Shown here piece after piece: positions 30,701-43,310 of a DNA stretch of 64,000 nt (position 1 is its first letter; every line of letters starts with the position of its first letter). Source of the DNA: Candidatus Multivorans sp. (GTDB lineage: Bacteria; Acidobacteriota; Thermoanaerobaculia; Multivoradales; Multivoraceae). The stretch is taken from contig OZ245033.1 in the NCBI GenBank assembly GCA_965224025.1, positions 4,896,001 to 4,960,000 of the forward strand, in the 5' to 3' direction. A model generated the notes under the pieces. It saw nothing but the letters and a program-made list of their open reading frames with translations, was not told the DNA's origin and made no database searches. The position numbers were made by a program, and so were the translations under genes.

Positions 30701-33700
30701 GACCCCGCCGCCCCCGTCAGCTCGACCGCGAACTGGACGTCCTCGCCTTCCCCGGCGGTCGAGCCGGCGATCGACACCGTCTCCATGCCGCCGTCGGTGA
30801 TCGTCGTCGTGGCCGCCGCGGCGTCGCGCTCGGCCGTACCCGCGGCCGTGCTCGCCCCGGTCAGCGTCACGATCAGGGTCTCTCCCGGGTCCAGCACGCC
30901 GTCCGAGGTCGTCTGGATCGCGATCGTCCCGCTCGATTGGCCCGCCGCGATCGTCAGAGAGCCGACCGGCGCGGTGTAGTCCGCGCCCGGGGTCGCCGTG
31001 CCGCCGACGGCGTAGCCGACCACCACGTCCGCCGTGCTCTCGCCGCCCGTCAACTCCACCGTGAAGCCCGCCGCGGAACCCTCGGAGACGGTCGCCGAGT
31101 CCGCCGTCACGGACGCCGTCAGCGTCTCGTCGTCAACAATCGTCGCCGTCGCCGTCGCGACGCCCACGGTCACCCCGTCCGGCAGGGTCGCGCCCGTGAT
31201 CGTCACCGTGAAGGTCTCCTCCGCCTCCGCCAGATCGTCCTCCACCGTCGACACCGTCAGCGTCCCGGTGGGCTGGCCCGCCGAGATGGTGAGCGTCCCG
31301 GCCGTCACCGCCGTGAAGTCCGTACCCGAGGTCGCCGTGCCCGCCGCGGTGCTCCAGCCCAGCACCGTGTCCGCCGCCGCGGCGCCCGACAGCTCGACCG
31401 CGAACTGGACGTCCTCGCCTTCCCCGGCGGTCGAGCCGGCGATCGACACCGTCTCCATGCCGCCGTCGGTGATCGTCGTCGTCGCCGCCGCGGCGTCGCG
31501 CTCGGCCGTACCCGCGGCCGTGCTCGCCCCGGTCAGGGTCACGATCAGGGTCTCCCCCGGGTCCAGCACGCCGTCCGAGGTCGTCTGGATCGCGATCGTC
31601 CCGCTCGATTGGCCCGCCGCGATCGTCAGAGAGCCGACCGGCGCGGTGTAGTCCGCGCCCGGGGTCGCCGTGCCGCCGACGGCGTAGCCGACCACCACGT
31701 CCGCCGTGCTCTCGCCGCCCGTCAACTCCACCGTGAAGCCCGCCGCGGAACCCTCGGAGACGGTCGCCGAGTCCGCCGTCACGGACGCCGTCAGCGTCTC
31801 GTCGTCAACAATCGTCGCCGTCGCCGTCGCGACGCCCACGGTCACCCCGTCCGGCAGGGTCGCGCCCGTGATCGTCACCGTGAAGGTCTCCTCCGCCTCC
31901 GCCAGATCGTCCTCCACCGTCGACACCGTCAGCGTCCCCGTCGTCTCGCCCGCCGAGATGGTGAGCGTCCCGGCCGTCACCGCCGTGAAGTCCGTACCCG
32001 AGGTCGCCGTGCCCGCCGCGGTGCTCCAGCCCAGCACCGTGTCCGCCGCCGCGGCGCCCGACAGCTCGACCGCGAACGACAGCTCCCCGCCTTCCTCCGC
32101 GCTCGCCGCCGCGACCGACACCGTCTCCGTCCCCGAGTCCGTGATCGTCGTCGTCGCCGCCGCGGCGTCGCGCTCGGCCGTACCCGCGGCCGTGCTCGCC
32201 CCGGTCAGCGTCACGATCAGGGTCTCCCCCGGGTCCAGCACGCCGTCCGAGGTCGTCTGGATCTCGATCGTCCCGCTCGATTGGCCCGCCGCGATCGTCA
32301 GAGAGCCGACCGGCGCGGTGTAGTCCGCGCCCGGGGTCGCCGTGCCGCCGACGGCGTAGCCGACCACCACGTCCGCCGTGCTCTCGCCGCCCGTCAACTC
32401 CACCGTGAAGCCCGCCGCGGAACCCTCGGAGACGGTCGCCGAGTCCGCCGTCACGGACGCCGTCAGCGTCTCGTCGTCAACAATCGTCGCCGTCGCCGTC
32501 GCGACGCCCACGGTCACCCCGTCCGGCAGGGTCGCGCCCGTGATCGTCACCGTGAAGGTCTCCTCCGCCTCCGCCAGATCGTCCTCCACCGTCGACACCG
32601 TCAGCGTCCCCGTCGTCTCGCCCGCCGAGATGGTGAGCGTCCCGGCCGTCACCGCCGTGAAGTCCGTACCCGAGGTCGCCGTGCCCGCCGCGGTGCTCCA
32701 GCCCAGCACCGTGTCCGCCGCCGCGGCGCCCGACAGCTCGACCGCGAACTGGACGTCCTCGCCTTCCCCGGCGGTCGAGCCGGCGATCGACACCGTCTCC
32801 ATGCCGCCGTCGGTGATCGTCGTCGTGGCCGCCGCGGCGTCGCGCTCGGCCGTACCCGCGGCCGTGCTCGCCCCGGTCAGCGTCACGATCAGGGTCTCTC
32901 CCGGGTCCAGCACGCCGTCCGAGGTCGTCTGGATCTCGATCGTCCCGCTCGATTGGCCCGCCGCGATCGTCAGAGAGCCGACCGGCGCGGTGTAGTCCGC
33001 GCCCGGGGTCGCCGTGCCGCCGACGGCGTAGCCGACCACCACGTCCGCCGTGCTCTCGCCGCCCGTCAACTCCACCGTGAAGCCCGCCGCGGAACCCTCG
33101 GAGACGGTCGCCGAGTCCGCCGTCACGGACGCCGTCAGCGTCTCGTCGTCAACAATCGTCGCCGTCGCCGTCGCGACGCCCACGGTCACCCCGTCCGGCA
33201 GGGTCGCGCCCGTGATCGTCACCGTGAAGGTCTCCTCCGCCTCCGCCAGATCGTCCTCCACCGTCGACACCGTCAGCGTCCCGGTGGGCTGGCCCGCCGA
33301 GATGGTGAGCGTCCCGGCCGTCACCGCCGTGAAGTCCGTACCCGAGGTCGCCGTGCCGGCCGCGGTGCTCCAGCCCAGCACCGTGTCCGCCGCCGCGGCG
33401 CCCGACAGCTCGACCGCGAACTGGACGTCCTCGCCTTCCCCGGCGGTCGAGCCGGCGATCGACACCGTCTCCATGCCGCCGTCGGTGATCGTCGTCGTGG
33501 CCGCCGCGGCGTCGCGCTCGGCCGTACCCGCGGCCGTGCTCGCCCCGGTCAGCGTCACGATCAGGGTCTCCCCCGGGTCCAGCACGCCGTCCGAGGTCGT
33601 CTGGATCGCGATCGTCCCGCTCGATTGGCCCGCCGCGATCGTCAGAGAGCCGACCGGCGCGGTGTAGTCCGCGCCCGGGGTCGCCGTGCCGCCGACGGCG

Positions 33701-36700
33701 TAGCCGACCACCACGTCCGCCGTGCTCTCGCCGCCCGTCAACTCCACCGTGAAGCCCGCCGCGGAACCCTCGGAGACGGTCGCCGAGTCCGCCGTCACGG
33801 ACGCCGTCAGCGTCTCGTCGTCAACAATCGTCGCCGTCGCCGTCGCGACGCCCACGGTCACCCCGTCCGGCAGGGTCGCGCCCGTGATCGTCACCGTGAA
33901 GGTCTCCTCCGCCTCCGCCAGATCGTCCTCCACCGTCGACACCGTCAGCGTCCCCGTCGTCTCGCCCGCCGAGATGGTGAGCGTCCCGGCCGTCACCGCC
34001 GTGAAGTCCGTACCCGAGGTCGCCGTGCCCGCCGCGGTGCTCCAGCCCAGCACCGTGTCCGCCGCCGCGGCGCCCGACAGCTCGACCGCGAACGACAGCT
34101 CCCCGCCTTCCTCCGCGCTCGCCGCCGCGACCGACACCGTCTCCGTCCCCGAGTCCGTGATCGTCGTCGTCGCCGCCGCGGCGTCGCGCTCGGCCGTACC
34201 CGCGGCCGTGCTCGCCCCGGTCAGCGTCACGATCAGGGTCTCCCCCGGGTCCAGCACGCCGTCCGAGGTCGTCTGGATCTCGATCGTCCCGCTCGATTGG
34301 CCCGCCGCGATCGTCAGAGAGCCGACCGGCGCGGTGTAGTCCGCGCCCGGGGTCGCCGTGCCGCCGACGGCGTAGCCGACCACCACGTCCGCCGTGCTCT
34401 CGCCGCCCGTCAACTCCACCGTGAAGCCCGCCGCGGAACCCTCGGAGACGGTCGCCGAGTCCGCCGTCACGGACGCCGTCAGCGTCTCGTCGTCAACAAT
34501 CGTCGCCGTCGCCGTCGCGACGCCCACGGTCACCCCGTCCGGCAGGGTCGCGCCCGTGATCGTCACCGTGAAGGTCTCCTCCGCCTCCGCCAGATCGTCC
34601 TCCACCGTCGACACCGTCAGCGTCCCCGTCGTCTCGCCCGCCGAGATGGTGAGCGTCCCGGCCGTCACCGCCGTGAAGTCCGTACCCGAGGTCGCCGTGC
34701 CCGCCGCCGTCGTCCAGCCCAGCACCGTGTCCGACCCCGCCGCCCCCGTCAGCTCGACCGCGAACGACAGCTCCCCGCCTTCCTCCGCGCTCGCCGCCGC
34801 GACCGACACCGTCTCCGTCCCCGAGTCCGTGATCGTCGTCGTCGCCGCCGCGGCGTCGCGCTCGGCCGTACCCGCGGCCGTGCTCGCCCCGGTCAGCGTC
34901 ACGATCAGGGTCTCTCCCGGGTCCAGCACGCCGTCCGAGGTCGTCTGGATCTCGATCGTCCCGCTCGATTGGCCCGCCGCGATCGTCAGAGAGCCGACCG
35001 GCGCGGTGTAGTCCGCGCCCGGGGTCGCCGTGCCGCCGACGGCGTAGCCGACCACCACGTCCGCCGTGCTCTCGCCGCCCGTCAACTCCACCGTGAAGCC
35101 CGCCGCGGAACCCTCGGAGACGGTCGCCGAGTCCGCCGTCACGGACGCCGTCAGCGTCTCGTCGTCAACAATCGTCGCCGTCGCCGTCGCGACGCCCACG
35201 GTCACCCCGTCCGGCAGGGTCGCGCCCGTGATCGTCACCGTGAAGGTCTCCTCCGCCTCCGCCAGATCGTCCTCCACCGTCGACACCGTCAGCGTCCCCG
35301 TCGTCTCGCCCGCCGAGATGGTGAGCGTCCCGGCCGTCACCGCCGTGAAGTCCGTACCCGAGGTCGCCGTGCCCGCCGCCGTCGTCCAGCCCAGCACCGT
35401 GTCCGACCCCGCCGCCCCCGTCAGCTCGACCGCGAACTGGACGTCCTCGCCTTCCCCGGCGGTCGAGCCGGCGATCGACACCGTCTCCATGCCGCCGTCG
35501 GTGATCGTCGTCGTGGCCGCCGCGGCGTCGCGCTCGGCCGTACCCGCGGCCGTGCTCGCCCCGGTCAGCGTCACGATCAGGGTCTCTCCCGGGTCCAGCA
35601 CGCCGTCCGAGGTCGTCTGGATCGCGATCGTCCCGCTCGATTGGCCCGCCGCGATCGTCAGAGAGCCGACCGGCGCGGTGTAGTCCGCGCCCGGGGTCGC
35701 CGTGCCGCCGACGGCGTAGCCGACCACCACGTCCGCCGTGCTCTCGCCGCCCGTCAACTCCACCGTGAAGCCCGCCGCGGAACCCTCGGAGACGGTCGCC
35801 GAGTCCGCCGTCACGGACGCCGTCAGCGTCTCGTCGTCAACAATCGTCGCCGTCGCCGTCGCGACGCCCACGGTCACCCCGTCCGGCAGGGTCGCGCCCG
35901 TGATCGTCACCGTGAAGGTCTCCTCCGCCTCCGCCAGATCGTCCTCCACCGTCGACACCGTCAGCGTCCCGGTGGGCTGGCCCGCCGGAATCGTCAACGC
36001 CCCGCTCGCCGCCGTGTAGTCCTCGCCGGCTATGGCCGTATTGTCCACCGTCTCGTAATCCACCGTCACCGGAACCGCCACCGCCCCCGACAGCGTCGCC
36101 ACAAAGCTCAACGCCCCGCCTTCCGTACCCTTGGCCGGCGCCACCGACACCGTCACCTTGCTGGAGTCCTTGATCGTCGTCGTCGCGGATTCCTCCGTCA
36201 CGTCCACCTGCCGGTTCGCGGTGGTCGCCACGCCAAGCGTCACCGTTACCGTCTCGTCCGGCTCCACCACCGTGTCGGGCTGCGTCTGGATCACGATCAA
36301 CCCCGCCGCCTGCCCAGCCGGAATCGTCAGCGTCCCGCTCGCCGCCGTATAGTCGCTCCCCGCCTCCGCCGTCCCGCTCAGCGCATACGGAACCACCACG
36401 TCCGCGGTGCTCGCGCCCGCAACGGTCACGGTGAAGGTCGCCGCGGCGCCCTCGCTGGTTTCCGCCTCCGTCGTGACGGCCACCGCCAGTCTGTCGTCAT
36501 CTCTGATGGTCCCCGTCGCAGCCGCAGTCCTCAGTGTCGCGTGCTGCTCCTTGAGCAGCGCCACCGTGAAAGCCTCCGGCCCTTCGTTCAACTCGTCGTC
36601 CCGGATCGATACGGCTATCTCGGTCGATTCCTCGCCCGGCTCGAATGTCAGCGTGGCACTCGCGGGCTCGTAGTCCTCGCCAGCCGTCGCCGAGCCGTCG

Positions 36701-39700
36701 GAGGTCGCGTAGTCCACCGTCACTCTGCGCCCGCTCGCCGGAGAAAGGGACACGGCAAACGACAGCGACCCCTCGTCTTCGCCGGCTTCTCCGCCTTGTC
36801 GAGCCGCAGCCGTGATCGCCAGTTCCGGCAGGTCGTCGTTGTCTTCGATCAATCCGATGGCAGCGGGGTCGGCGAGCGTCGCGTTGACCGCCGAGGACAA
36901 GGTGACCGAAAACCGCTCCTCGTTCTCATCCAGCGCGTCGTCGCCTATCAGCACCCGGATGTACCGTTCCGTTTCCTCAGTTCCGAAGGTCAATGTGCCG
37001 GTCGCTTCCGTGTAGTCCCCGCCAGCCTTCGCCGTCCCGTCCTCCGTGGCGTATTCCACCGAGACCTCCCCTTGCTTCGCGCCTTCCAGCGTCACGCTGA
37101 ACACGATCTCGCCGCTGCCCTCATAGGCCGTCTCGTCGCCGATGGAAAGCGTGGGAAGGGCGCTGAAGACGACTGACACCGCCACGTCGCTCGATTCCAC
37201 CGCGCCGTCGGTCGCGTCGGCGGTGCTGACGAGTTCGCCGGCGGTCACGTCCGCCGCGGTGACCGCGTAGCTGGCCTGGCACCGGATCGCTTCCGCTCCC
37301 GGGTCGAGGGCCTCCGAGCCGCACACGAAGTCGCCGGCCCTGTCGTCACGCACAGTGATGGGCGCCGCACTCCGAACGGTTCCGGTATTGGACACCCAAT
37401 AGACGAACTCGAGTACCTGCCCGGCTCGACCGAAGCTCTCCGGTGAAGACCTGCGGAGCTCGAACTCCACTCGCCGGTCGTCATCGGTGACGGTCACCAC
37501 CGCGGTGGCGGGGTCGCCGGCCAAATAGAGGGGGCGGCCGCCGGCATCCTGGGACTCGAACCCCGTCAACCTGAACTCGTAGGTTCTCGTGGGCTCCAAC
37601 GCCTCGTCATCGGGCGTCGGCACCTCCAGATCGACCGTGTCGGAGTCCGCGGAGAAGGTCCCCAGCACGAGATCGACGAAGGTCCCATCGAGATAGCGGC
37701 CCAAGGTCGCAAGCAGTTCCTCCGTCTTGTCGCCGGTGCGGGTCAACTCGAGGGCGATGGCCTCTCCTTCTTCCACCGAATCCTCCCGCGCCGCAACGGT
37801 CACGACGGTGTCCGGCGCGTCGTCGTCCCGGATGGCGACGGTGGCGGTGTTGGGGTACTCCGGAACACCTTCGTATGCGTTGTAGGCGTCCTCGACCGCT
37901 GCGATTGACAGATCGTCTCCACCCAGGACTTGCACCGTGACCGCGCCGTCCTCCTCGTAGACGTCGTCGCCGGTGGTCGGAATCGTCACGGTGATCTCGG
38001 CCTGGCCGGGCTGGAACCGTGCCGCCGTTTCGGGCAAGCCGGACACGAAGTCTCCCCGATCGGTCACGCGGAGCCGCACGTCCGTGGCTTCGACTCCGAG
38101 ATTCTCCGCGTTCCACAACCGCGTCAGCGTGAACCGGGCGGGCGCACCCTCGGTGACTTCGGCTGCCGCGGCCGCGACAGTGATCGTGGGAAACCGGTTC
38201 AGCACCCGGACCGTGGCCGAGGCGGGGCTGCCAAGGACATAGCTCGGCCGCCAGCAGGGATCCCCGCATTCGGCGGGAGGAATATCAATATACGCCGTGC
38301 CTCCAGGCGGACCAACGTAGTTGTACTTCGCCGACAGGAAGACGCCAGGCGTCGTGCGACTTTTCTCACCTTTCCAAATCCCGAAAAGAACAGTGAGATA
38401 GAAGTTGTTACTTGTCTCGTCGTATTCTCTATTGTAATGTGAATGGTAGGGATGATTGAAAACCGTTCGATACTTCATTCGAACTTTCAGGTCGTGGACC
38501 ACATCGCCTGCGCGGTAATAGGTCCAACCGATAGCATTGCCCTCAACTATCTCATCCGCGACCGCTTCGACCGTCACCTCCGCAATGTCGTCATCCTTCA
38601 CCAGCACGGTGGCGCTGGCGTTGCTGCCGATTCGATACCCGCCGTTCGGATTCCGTTCGAGCGCCGCCACGAACTCGGCGTCGCCCTCATTGACTTCGTC
38701 CGCTTCCGTCGTCAACGTCAGCGTGGCCGCCGAGGCGCCGGCCTCGAACAGAACCGGCACGTGGTCCCACCGCATCCAGCGACGAGTCTGGTCCGTCGCG
38801 AACTTGCTGTACCCTTCGTGCGTCGCGTGGATGTCCACGTGGGCACGCACCGCTGCCCGATTGTCACCCTCGCGGGTCAAGGTGAAGACCACGTCGTCAC
38901 CTTCAGTCACCCGGGCAACGTCGCGGACGATGGACATCACAGGCCCCGTACCATCGTTGTCCACGACGATAACGAAAGCGATCGCGGAGGTCGGATCGCT
39001 GTCGAGCGCGTATCCAGGGCCCTCGACTATCGCCGCCGCCACGGGGGCATCGGGCTGCTGGAGATCATTGTCGTTCGTCGGCACGCTCAAGGTCGTCGTG
39101 GAGGCGCCTGCTTCGAAGGTCGCCGTCGTCGGCGGGGAACCCGCGATGAAGGGACCCCCTTCGGTCACACCAACGTTCACGGTCAGCGCGCCCCGGGACG
39201 ACTGACTCACAAAGCCGCCTGCCCGCGTCTCTCGACGCAGGGTGAAGACAACGTCCCGCCCTTCCGTCACGTATGCCCGATCCCTCGAGATCGTCACGAA
39301 TTGCAGGTTGTCGTTGTCGGTGACCGCTACCGTGGCGGAGGCGGCGGCGCCGATCACGTAGCCGGCGCCCGCGGAGATTCTCGCGGCCACCGAGCCATCG
39401 GGTTCGTCGAGGTCATCGTCGTCGGTTCGCACGTTCAGGGATGCAGTGAGAGCGCCCGGCGCGAACATCGCCGTGGCGGGCGCCGCGTCCGAGAAGAAGC
39501 TGCCGTCGCGAGTCACGCTCACGTCGACGTGCAACTCGGCCGAAACGTCTCCCACCCGCGTCAGAGTGAACGCCGCGGCCTGGCCCTCGACGCGGGTGGC
39601 ATGATCAGCGGCGATGGTCACCGTGGGGAGGTCGTCGTCCCTGATCGTGACCGTGCCCGTGCCGCCCGCGAGGAGCCCCGCGTTCCGAGAGCCGCTCAGC

Positions 39701-41913
39701 CTCACCGTGAAGGTCTCGTCGAGTTCGCCGCTCTGGTCGTTCGCTGGCCTCACGTCGAATGTCCGGCTGGTGTCGCCGGGGCTGAAGGTCAGCGTGCCAC
39801 TCGCCGCCGCGTAGTCGGAGGGCGCCACCGCCGTGGCGTCCTCGGTGGTGTAGACCACCGTCACCGGCCGCGCGGTGCTGTGAAGAGCACTGGCGAATTC
39901 CAGGGCCACCTCGACCTCGATCCCCTGGTCGTTCTCGCGTCCCAACACGTCTCGAACGCGAAGATTCGGGAAGGGATCGTTGTCGGTGATTCGCACCGTG
40001 GCGCTGCCGGGTTCGCCGATCTCATGGCCCGCGACATCGATCGGATCGAGCGTCACCACAACCGAACCGCCGTCTTCGTCGACACGGTCATCGTCGGTGT
40101 TCAACGTCAGCGTCGCTGTACTGTTCGCTGTGGCGAAGGTCACCGTCGCGGGCGGATCCGCGCTCAAGAACGCACCCTGCCGGGTCACGGTCACGCCCAG
40201 GGTGAGTTCTTGCAGAAAGACCTGGCGGCCGGTCCGCTTCAACACGAATACGATGCGCTGTCCTTCCGATCGAACGGCATGCGACGTCTCGATGGTGATC
40301 GCCGAAAGGTCATTGTCGATGATCGGCACCTCGACGAGGCGATCCGGGGAGCCGCCCAGATAAGACGGGTGGGGACGTAGCAGCACAAGAATGGAGTCGT
40401 CCTGAGTGAAGACGTCGTCATCGTTCGTGGCGATCAACTCGGTGATCTCGGTCACACCCGGCTCGAAGGTCAGCACCCGGTCTTCCTGGTCGTACAGGCC
40501 CTGTATGCTCCACGCCCAATACACGACTAGCCGGATCGAGCCGCCGCCGGTCCGGCTAAAGGTGATGGCCGCGCTCTCACCCTCGTCGACCGAGGTCGGC
40601 GGAGTGACGGTCACGAGCGACAGATCGTTGTCGTGGACTGCGAGCTGGGCAGTTCTGGCGGCGGCATCGACCGTGTAGTCGGAACCGACCGCCAAGTTGG
40701 AGCCGTCCGTGATCGTCACCATGACGCTGCCGTCGGCTTTGACCAAGTCATCGTCGACCGTCGGGACAATCAGGTCGGTGGTGTACGCGTCTCTCGGGAA
40801 GTTCGCCATCACCGGCGCCGGACTGGCCAGGAACCCACCGGTCCCGGCCACGTTCAACATCACGGTCAGCGGCGGCGGTCCCACCGACGCGTCGCAGAAG
40901 TCCCTGTAGCACCGCGTCAAGGTGAAGACGGCATCGTTTCCTTCCAACACATACGGCAGGCCGCCAGCCGTGGCCGGCCGTGCGCGGTCCGACGCCGCAA
41001 CGGATATCCGGGCGGTGCCGAAGAGTTCGAGTTCCTGGTCGCGGATTTCCGTCCTGGCCGTTGCCGGGTCGCCGGCTTCATAGCGCTCGTGATCGATCCC
41101 CTCGATACTCGCCGTGATCGACCCGTGGGGCGTGATGAAGCGGTTGCGCGCCGTGGCGACACGGACCTCCGCCTTCGCCGCGCCCTCGCGGAACGTCGCC
41201 GTCTCCGGGGGTTGAATGGGAGCGGAGAAATCCCCCACGAGGGTCACGTCCAGATCGACGGTGAATGCGCTCAGGGTCGATGTCCTGCCAGTGCGCGTCA
41301 GATCGAAGTAGGCGCTCGTGCCCTCCGATATCGATGAACTCCGGGCTTCGATGGTGATCGTCGAGACGTCGTCGTCGATGATCGGCACATCGAGCTGGGG
41401 GCCGCCGATGATTCTGAACACGACCGAGTTGCCTTCGTCGTACTCGTTGTCTTCCTCGGTTGGCACGGGCACCTCGAGGGTGCTGGCGTCCGCGGCGAAG
41501 TCCCTCGGGAAAGACACACCGTCCGAGCCCCGGTGACGCTCGTAGTGCTCAATCCACACTCTGCGGGAACCACTGACGTCGCCGCTGCGCGTCAGTGTGA
41601 AGGTCACGGTGTCCCCTTCCTCCACCGGCGAAGGAGTTGCCGTGATCGTGATGGCCTGCGCCCCGGCGACCGCCGGCGCCAAGAGCGCGACCCCGGCGAT
41701 CAGCAGCGCCGCCGGGAGCGCAACCCGGCCTCCTTCGGCCGGCGGCGGAAGAAGGGGAACGGCTGACGGTCTGTGCGATGTCAGGGTCCACGATTCAGGC
41801 CCATCGAAAGGATGGGAAATCTTCACTGACGTGATACGAAGAACACCCTTGTGGTGTATCCTCCGACAGCGCTCCGAATCGCACCCGGCAGCGCGGGTAC
41901 AATCGCTCTTCAT
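18727..41913 (-). CDS. Giant (7,728 aa) Calx-beta-repeat adhesin with Ig/cadherin domains, autotransporter-like beta-barrel and C-terminal SPOR domain
   Basis: Signal peptide [17 protein letters not shown]|QA; many Calx-beta motifs (YxTxDGTAxAGxDY...DDxxxExxEtF); DUF11-like domain ~37150-37460; three [10 protein letters not shown] Ig domains; cadherin [18 protein letters not shown]...DYE; barrel from WTFWGRG (~20230); YIVQFGAF...[14 protein letters not shown] at the end; exact start uncertain. Confidence 0.92.
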   Translation of the reverse strand: MKSDCTRAAGCDSERCRRIHHKGVLRITSVKISHPFDGPESWTLTSHRPSAVPLLPPPAEGGRVALPAALLIAGVALLAPAVAGAQAITITATPSPVEEGDTVTFTLTRSGDVSGSRRVWIEHYERHRGSDGVSFPRDFAADASTLEVPVPTEEDNEYDEGNSVVFRIIGGPQLDVPIIDDDVSTITIEARSSSISEGTSAYFDLTRTGRTSTLSAFTVDLDVTLVGDFSAPIQPPETATFREGAAKAEVRVATARNRFITPHGSITASIEGIDHERYEAGDPATARTEIRDQELELFGTARISVAASDRARPATAGGLPYVLEGNDAVFTLTRCYRDFCDASVGPPPLTVMLNVAGTGGFLASPAPVMANFPRDAYTTDLIVPTVDDDLVKADGSVMVTITDGSNLAVGSDYTVDAAARTAQLAVHDNDLSLVTVTPPTSVDEGESAAITFSRTGGGSIRLVVYWAWSIQGLYDQEDRVLTFEPGVTEITELIATNDDDVFTQDDSILVLLRPHPSYLGGSPDRLVEVPIIDNDLSAITIETSHAVRSEGQRIVFVLKRTGRQVFLQELTLGVTVTRQGAFLSADPPATVTFATANSTATLTLNTDDDRVDEDGGSVVVTLDPIDVAGHEIGEPGSATVRITDNDPFPNLRVRDVLGRENDQGIEVEVALEFASALHSTARPVTVVYTTEDATAVAPSDYAAASGTLTFSPGDTSRTFDVRPANDQSGELDETFTVRLSGSRNAGLLAGGTGTVTIRDDDLPTVTIAADHATRVEGQAAAFTLTRVGDVSAELHVDVSVTRDGSFFSDAAPATAMFAPGALTASLNVRTDDDDLDEPDGSVAARISAGAGYVIGAAASATVAVTDNDNLQFVTISRDRAYVTEGRDVVFTLRRETRAGGFVSQSSRGALTVNVGVTEGGPFIAGSPPTTATFEAGASTTTLSVPTNDNDLQQPDAPVAAAIVEGPGYALDSDPTSAIAFVIVVDNDGTGPVMSIVRDVARVTEGDDVVFTLTREGDNRAAVRAHVDIHATHEGYSKFATDQTRRWMRWDHVPVLFEAGASAATLTLTTEADEVNEGDAEFVAALERNPNGGYRIGSNASATVLVKDDDIAEVTVEAVADEIVEGNAIGWTYYRAGDVVHDLKVRMKYRTVFNHPYHSHYNREYDETSNNFYLTVLFGIWKGEKSRTTPGVFLSAKYNYVGPPGGTAYIDIPPAECGDPCWRPSYVLGSPASATVRVLNRFPTITVAAAAAEVTEGAPARFTLTRLWNAENLGVEATDVRLRVTDRGDFVSGLPETAARFQPGQAEITVTIPTTGDDVYEEDGAVTVQVLGGDDLSIAAVEDAYNAYEGVPEYPNTATVAIRDDDAPDTVVTVAAREDSVEEGEAIALELTRTGDKTEELLATLGRYLDGTFVDLVLGTFSADSDTVDLEVPTPDDEALEPTRTYEFRLTGFESQDAGGRPLYLAGDPATAVVTVTDDDRRVEFELRRSSPESFGRAGQVLEFVYWVSNTGTVRSAAPITVRDDRAGDFVCGSEALDPGAEAIRCQASYAVTAADVTAGELVSTADATDGAVESSDVAVSVVFSALPTLSIGDETAYEGSGEIVFSVTLEGAKQGEVSVEYATEDGTAKAGGDYTEATGTLTFGTEETERYIRVLIGDDALDENEERFSVTLSSAVNATLADPAAIGLIEDNDDLPELAITAAARQGGEAGEDEGSLSFAVSLSPASGRRVTVDYATSDGSATAGEDYEPASATLTFEPGEESTEIAVSIRDDELNEGPEAFTVALLKEQHATLRTAAATGTIRDDDRLAVAVTTEAETSEGAAATFTVTVAGASTADVVVPYALSGTAEAGSDYTAASGTLTIPAGQAAGLIVIQTQPDTVVEPDETVTVTLGVATTANRQVDVTEESATTTIKDSSKVTVSVAPAKGTEGGALSFVATLSGAVAVPVTVDYETVDNTAIAGEDYTAASGALTIPAGQPTGTLTVSTVEDDLAEAEETFTVTITGATLPDGVTVGVATATATIVDDETLTASVTADSATVSEGSAAGFTVELTGGESTADVVVGYAVGGTATPGADYTAPVGSLTIAAGQSSGTIAIQTTSDGVLDPGETLIVTLTGASTAAGTAERDAAAATTTITDGGMETVSIAGSTAGEGEDVQFAVELTGAAGSDTVLGWTTAAGTATSGTDFTAVTAGTLTISAGETTGTLTVSTVEDDLAEAEETFTVTITGATLPDGVTVGVATATATIVDDETLTASVTADSATVSEGSAAGFTVELTGGESTADVVVGYAVGGTATPGADYTAPVGSLTIAAGQSSGTIEIQTTSDGVLDPGETLIVTLTGASTAAGTAERDAAAATTTITDSGTETVSVAAASAEEGGELSFAVELTGAAGSDTVLGWTTAAGTATSGTDFTAVTAGTLTISAGETTGTLTVSTVEDDLAEAEETFTVTITGATLPDGVTVGVATATATIVDDETLTASVTADSATVSEGSAAGFTVELTGGESTADVVVGYAVGGTATPGADYTAPVGSLTIAAGQSSGTIEIQTTSDGVLDPGETLIVTLTGASTAAGTAERDAAAATTTITDSGTETVSVAAASAEEGGELSFAVELSGAAAADTVLGWSTAAGTATSGTDFTAVTAGTLTISAGETTGTLTVSTVEDDLAEAEETFTVTITGATLPDGVTVGVATATATIVDDETLTASVTADSATVSEGSAAGFTVELTGGESTADVVVGYAVGGTATPGADYTAPVGSLTIAAGQSSGTIAIQTTSDGVLDPGETLIVTLTGASTAAGTAERDAAAATTTITDGGMETVSIAGSTAGEGEDVQFAVELSGAAAADTVLGWSTAAGTATSGTDFTAVTAGTLTISAGQPTGTLTVSTVEDDLAEAEETFTVTITGATLPDGVTVGVATATATIVDDETLTASVTADSATVSEGSAAGFTVELTGGESTADVVVGYAVGGTATPGADYTAPVGSLTIAAGQSSGTIEIQTTSDGVLDPGETLIVTLTGASTAAGTAERDAAAATTTITDGGMETVSIAGSTAGEGEDVQFAVELSGAAAADTVLGWSTAAGTATSGTDFTAVTAGTLTISAGETTGTLTVSTVEDDLAEAEETFTVTITGATLPDGVTVGVATATATIVDDETLTASVTADSATVSEGSAAGFTVELTGGESTADVVVGYAVGGTATPGADYTAPVGSLTIAAGQSSGTIEIQTTSDGVLDPGETLIVTLTGASTAAGTAERDAAAATTTITDSGTETVSVAAASAEEGGELSFAVELSGAAAADTVLGWSTAAGTATSGTDFTAVTAGTLTISAGETTGTLTVSTVEDDLAEAEETFTVTITGATLPDGVTVGVATATATIVDDETLTASVTADSATVSEGSAAGFTVELTGGESTADVVVGYAVGGTATPGADYTAPVGSLTIAAGQSSGTIAIQTTSDGVLDPGETLIVTLTGASTAAGTAERDAAAATTTITDGGMETVSIAGSTAGEGEDVQFAVELSGAAAADTVLGWSTAAGTATSGTDFTAVTAGTLTISAGQPTGTLTVSTVEDDLAEAEETFTVTITGATLPDGVTVGVATATATIVDDETLTASVTADSATVSEGSAAGFTVELTGGESTADVVVGYAVGGTATPGADYTAPVGSLTIAAGQSSGTIAIQTTSDGVLDPGETLIVTLTGASTAAGTAERDAAAATTTITDGGMETVSIAGSTAGEGEDVQFAVELTGAAGSDTVLGWTTAAGTATSGTDFTAVTAGTLTISAGETTGTLTVSTVEDDLAEAEETFTVTITGATLPDGVTVGVATATATIVDDETLTASVTADSATVSEGSAAGFTVELTGGESTADVVVGYAVGGTATPGADYTAPVGSLTIAAGQSSGTIEIQTTSDGVLDPGETLIVTLTGASTAAGTAERDAAAATTTITDSGTETVSVAAASAEEGGELSFAVELTGAAGSDTVLGWSTAAGTATSGTDFTAVTAGTLTISAGQPTGTLTVSTVEDDLAEAEETFTVTITGATLPDGVTVGVATATATIVDDETLTASVTADSATVSEGSAAGFTVELTGGESTADVVVGYAVGGTATPGADYTAPVGSLTIAAGQSSGTIEIQTTSDGVLDPGETLIVTLTGASTAAGTAERDAAAATTTITDSGTETVSVAAASAEEGGELSFAVELSGAAAADTVLGWSTAAGTATSGTDFTAVTAGTLTISAGETTGTLTVSTVEDDLAEAEETFTVTITGATLPDGVTVGVATATATIVDDETLTASVTADSATVSEGSAAGFTVELTGGESTADVVVGYAVGGTATPGADYTAPVGSLTIAAGQSSGTIEIQTTSDGVLDPGETLIVTLTGASTAAGTAERDAAAATTTITDGGMETVSIAGSTAGEGEDVQFAVELSGAAAADTVLGWSTAAGTATSGTDFTAVTAGTLTISAGETTGTLTVSTVEDDLAEAEETFTVTITGATLPDGVTVGVATATATIVDDETLTASVTADSATVSEGSAAGFTVELTGGESTADVVVGYAVGGTATPGADYTAPVGSLTIAAGQSSGTIEIQTTSDGVLDPGETLIVTLTGASTAAGTAERDAAAATTTITDGGMETVSIAGSTAGEGEDVQFAVELSGAAAADTVLGWSTAAGTATSGTDFTAVTAGTLTISAGETTGTLTVSTVEDDLAEAEETFTVTITGATLPDGVTVGVATATATIVDDETLTASVTADSATVSEGSAAGFTVELTGGESTADVVVGYAVGGTATPGADYTAPVGSLTIAAGQSSGTIAIQTTSDGVLDPGETLIVTLTGASTAAGTAERDAAAATTTITDGGMETVSIAGSTAGEGEDVQFAVELSGAAAADTVLGWSTAAGTATSGTDFTAVTAGTLTISAGETTGTLTVSTVEDDLAEAEETFTVTITGATLPDGVTVGVATATATIVDDETLTASVTADSATVSEGSAAGFTVELTGGESTADVVVGYAVGGTATPGADYTAPVGSLTIAAGQSSGTIAIQTTSDGVLDPGETLIVTLTGASTAAGTAERDAAAATTTITDGGMETVSIAGSTAGEGEDVQFAVELSGAAAADTVLGWSTAAGTATSGTDFTAVTAGTLTISAGETTGTLTVSTVEDDLAEAEETFTVTITGATLPDGVTVGVATATATIVDDETLTASVTADSATVSEGSAAGFTVELTGGESTADVVVGYAVGGTATPGADYTAPVGSLTIAAGQSSGTIEIQTTSDGVLDPGETLIVTLTGASTAAGTAERDAAAATTTITDGGMETVSIAGSTAGEGEDVQFAVELSGAAAADTVLGWSTAAGTATSGTDFTAVTAGTLTISAGETTGTLTVSTVEDDLAEAEETFTVTITGATLPDGVTVGVATATATIVDDETLTASVTADSATVSEGSAAGFTVELTGGESTADVVVGYAVGGTATPGADYTAPVGSLTIAAGQSSGTIEIQTTSDGVLDPGETLIVTLTGASTAAGTAERDAAAATTTITDSGTETVSVAAASAEEGGELSFAVELTGAAGSDTVLGWTTAAGTATSGTDFTAVTAGTLTISAGETTGTLTVSTVEDDLAEAEETFTVTITGATLPDGVTVGVATATATIVDDETLTASVTADSATVSEGSAAGFTVELTGGESTADVVVGYAVGGTATPGADYTAPVGSLTIAAGQSSGTIAIQTTSDGVLDPGETLIVTLTGASTAAGTAERDAAAATTTITDSGTETVSVAAASAEEGGELSFAVELSGAAAADTVLGWSTAAGTATSGTDFTAVTAGTLTISAGQPTGTLTVSTVEDDLAEAEETFTVTITGATLPDGVTVGVATATATIVDDETLTASVTADSATVSEGSAAGFTVELTGGESTADVVVGYAVGGTATPGADYTAPVGSLTIAAGQSSGTIEIQTTSDGVLDPGETLIVTLTGASTAAGTAERDAAAATTTITDGGMETVSIAGSTAGEGEDVQFAVELSGAAAADTVLGWSTAAGTATSGTDFTAVTAGTLTISAGETTGTLTVSTVEDDLAEAEETFTVTITGATLPDGVTVGVATATATIVDDETLTASVTADSATVSEGSAAGFTVELTGGESTADVVVGYAVGGTATPGADYTAPVGSLTIAAGQSSGTIEIQTTSDGVLDPGETLIVTLTGASTAAGTAERDAAAATTTITDGGMETVSIAGSTAGEGEDVQFAVELSGAAAADTVLGWSTAAGTATSGTDFTAVTAGTLTISAGETTGTLTVSTVEDDLAEAEETFTVTITGATLPDGVTVGVATATATIVDDETLTASVTADSATVSEGSAAGFTVELTGGESTADVVVGYAVGGTATPGADYTAPVGSLTIAAGQSSGTIAIQTTSDGVLDPGETLIVTLTGASTAAGTAERDAAAATTTITDGGTGGDPEPEPEPEPEPEPEPEPEPEPEPEPEPEPEPEPEPEPEPEPEPILTVSPTRISETGSTSARVWVEMATEGVFVTEETVTLVFEGSARRGVDYAFSGDAIVIPAGALSGATEVIISAVDDERVEGIETIVVTATVRGFEFGREEITVDDNDDGPNVVVASGAEPPVTGAFEVAIAFSEPVSGFGIDGVEVSGGAASDLAGGGTDYTARIIPLSGVAGEVSVQVLAAAARDASDGWNVASNRFVIAADLVVPTVELSVDAGQPMNDSFSVSITFSEPVVGFGLASLQVTNAEASDLAGSGAEYTVTITPFPGHEGAVSVQVIAEMATDLAGNGNVESPPVTAMVDMAAPAVAVATAALLPVNGAFEVSITFSEPVSGFDLSGIEVRNGEPSGLSGLDADYTAVITPLRDLRGKVSVQVLGGAAFDAAGNASLRSPPFTIAAYLNEAPRFDREEYAFDLPENVSGPLRLGVVSAVDPNRQDRVVYSLLESEGKLFAIEDGGALSYEGAGEDYESAPPRYEFTIRADDGAGLAVTAVVVVTVLNEDEAGSVELSSLSAEVGGDLTATLSDPDGSVAQEFWQWQRSAGANWENIGAAASPGYVPVAADVGRRLRATVSYVDAQGPGKQARSVPTEPVAIPPEERAEAVEFALAGLGRMLASNAVDAIGSRFETGGFGGQSRATVYGYRLPLGSRAGRGAAGRRLPGFGGLGGLSAFGPASALGFGGSGALGGPFGAGVWSGAGSPAYGPGGSAGPGSGTSIGMMSGLPGGGFAAGPGTSSSGFGGSPSGGFGSRMYGERLSPFWDLVSRSSFDVYFGGDRREGSESGAVQRPWTFWGRGDQGSFRGRTYETDGRASSVYLGVDRRRGGTVFGLALSRSHGDVEYRGELSGAGVVEADLVTLLPYAHWSLRRGLSAWALLGAGVGEMHLSDAQDEDLRADLTRELVAGGMRRELRAGSVYGLALKGDVFGTRLKTAGAEGLAAVSADAYRARVLVEGSADWSLSEHGRLSPLIEVGGRLDGGASATGLGVELGARVRYSNSASGVEVEGRGRYLASHEEQGFAAWGAGLTVRLGAGENGLGLGVALTPSWGVVSAAGSALWQSDQTLGPLPGAGYGGSRDRDVGQAAWVPERSDLRLHYGLESWSGVLAPFAVVGLEGTKPIRSQVGLRFELERSLRLEVVAERFERTAGPPEHGARFGLVYIAAAPREASRTLHALKPEYSSPDRERKESILATTNSTHRTGGERRYIVQFGAFPTVADAVRIRVRLAVDLSDLVREEQLKFAFDASQSDGLIRVLLADAFLDRHVAAALCAKVAARGKDCDVRRSDPKREE
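22582..22710 (-). repeat. Coding hexanucleotide microsatellite encoding a (PE)21-P linker
   Basis: gg(t/c)tc(g/a) hexamer repeats, 129 nt, including about three 30-bp higher-order units (22621-22710). Confidence 0.95.
22722..35986 (-). repeat. Intragenic tandem array, 672-bp (224-aa, two Calx-beta domains) unit, about 19.7 copies
   Basis: Shadow ORFs recur exactly every 672 bp from 22970 to 35738; units near-identical at DNA level. Confidence 0.97.
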
Positions 41914-41958
41914 CTATGTTGATGTTGCCACTAATCTCTTGGGACGCACTGCTCCTTA

Positions 41959-42044
41959 TTACGCGAATGACGGGGAATTACGTGGACAACACATCTTCTT
42001 CGCCGACGGAAGGAAATCGACGCAATTCGCGTATCGCGTATCGC
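41959..42044. promoter_or_regulatory. Conserved ~85-bp upstream element, copy 1 (5' of giant adhesin)
   Basis: Imperfect direct repeat of 43226-43310; non-coding; regulatory role inferred. Confidence 0.7.
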
Positions 42045-42097
42045 CAGCGGCCCCGTCGCGTATGATCGGCGTAGTGCTCAGCGATCCGGACAAGGAG

Positions 42098-43075
42098 TCA
42101 CGACGGGGCGGACTCGCGCACGACGCCATGATAGCGGCGGCTTACGGGCACCACGTGACCGCCGAACAGGCGCAGACGCATCCTGCCGCCTTGCCTTGAC
42201 ATCCCCTCGATGTGGCGGTGGGCGACCCAGTAGGAGCGGTGTACCTGCATCCCGTAGTCACCCAGCTCGGCCACCGCGTCCGCGAAGCGCATCAGAATGA
42301 TGGCGTGACCGGCGACGGTGTACACGTCGATGTAGTGATCATCCACCTTCAGGAAAACCAGGTCGCGGCCCAGATCGGATGGCAGGCGGTCGAGAAACGG
42401 CGCCTGCGCGGTTTCGGTCGCGTCTGGCGCCGCTTGCGTAGAGGGGCGCTCGAGCACGGAGAGGCCCAGGCAAGCGGCGTCACCTGTCTCAGCGGCAGTC
42501 CCGTCCGCAACGAGGCCACCGTTCCCAACGTCCGTGCCGTCCGCAACGCCGGCGTCGGCAGCCGGCGTCGGCGGCCCGGGCTCCGCAGCATTCCCAACCT
42601 GCTGAAAGACGATGTAGTGGCTGAACCAGCTACACAAGATCGCCATGATCGTCACGGTCAGGAATATCTGCAGCAACGATGCGGAGGCCGCGTTGTCGGG
42701 ACGAAACAGCGAGTCGACGGTGTACACGACTGCCGTGCCGAGAAAGCCCATGAGCAGCACCGACGCCACTATCGCCGGTACCGTCTCGATGAGCGATCTG
42801 AAGCGCATCATGTAGAGCACAACGGCCGACATGGAGTGACAGAACGGCCAAGCGCCGGCAGCACAAAGGGCCCCATACGCCAGCCGGCGCAGCGGTCCGA
42901 GGGCCTCGAACGCACCCAGCGGATCGAAGACAGCCATCGCCACCACAAGCAGCGATACGTTGATGATCCCCACCGCGATGGTCCGGGCTCTCAGCCATTC
43001 ACGATATGCGAATCGCATACCGCGAGCGCGAACCGCACTACCCCCTTGCCTTGACGACAAAGGCGTTTCGCCCAC
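42098..43075 (-). CDS. Membrane-anchored LytTR-family DNA-binding protein (4 TM + LytTR domain)
   Basis: GGAGGAG RBS before GTG; four hydrophobic helices; FLDRLPSDLGRDLVFLKVDDHYIDVYT...MQVHRSYWV...VPVSRRY. Confidence 0.9.
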   Translation of the reverse strand: MGETPLSSRQGGSAVRARGMRFAYREWLRARTIAVGIINVSLLVVAMAVFDPLGAFEALGPLRRLAYGALCAAGAWPFCHSMSAVVLYMMRFRSLIETVPAIVASVLLMGFLGTAVVYTVDSLFRPDNAASASLLQIFLTVTIMAILCSWFSHYIVFQQVGNAAEPGPPTPAADAGVADGTDVGNGGLVADGTAAETGDAACLGLSVLERPSTQAAPDATETAQAPFLDRLPSDLGRDLVFLKVDDHYIDVYTVAGHAIILMRFADAVAELGDYGMQVHRSYWVAHRHIEGMSRQGGRMRLRLFGGHVVPVSRRYHGVVRESAPS

Positions 43076-43225
43076 GTCTCTCCTCCCCTGTCACCTTGCG
43101 TCAGCCAGTCGTCATCCGACCAAAGCTGGACATCGGGTCGAAGGTCGCTTCCGACTGGACCGGGGCGTGCGTATGCAACCCCTCGACTCTGATGCTGCCA
43201 CCATCGCCCGGGGTTTGCTGCACCT

Positions 43226-43310
43226 TTACGTGAATGACGGAGAAGTACGTGGACAGCACATTTTCTTCGCCGACGGAAGACGTAGTCGCAATTCGCGTAT
43301 CGTGTATCGC
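43226..43310. promoter_or_regulatory. Conserved ~85-bp upstream element, copy 2 (5' of LytTR gene)
   Basis: Imperfect direct repeat of 41959-42044, 150 bp upstream of the LytTR start. Confidence 0.7.

Noticed and set aside
22722-35986. Array as CRISPR or DGR template/variable repeats
   Set aside because: Units are 672 bp, in-frame coding, without spacers; differences are fixed dimorphisms rather than adenine-specific changes; no cas or reverse transcriptase gene seen
22873-37176. 4,767-aa Arg-rich + strand ORF and the series of 205-aa + strand ORFs
   Set aside because: Antisense shadows of the GC-rich repeated adhesin; one stop-free unit is simply repeated
41915-41935. TGGCA as a sigma-54 promoter (also ~43195)
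   Set aside because: No TTGC at the -12 position
41959-42044. Known riboswitch (e.g. c-di-GMP) upstream of the adhesin
   Set aside because: No consensus I recognise, only a short CTTC/GAAG hairpin; an Rfam search would be needed to exclude it fully
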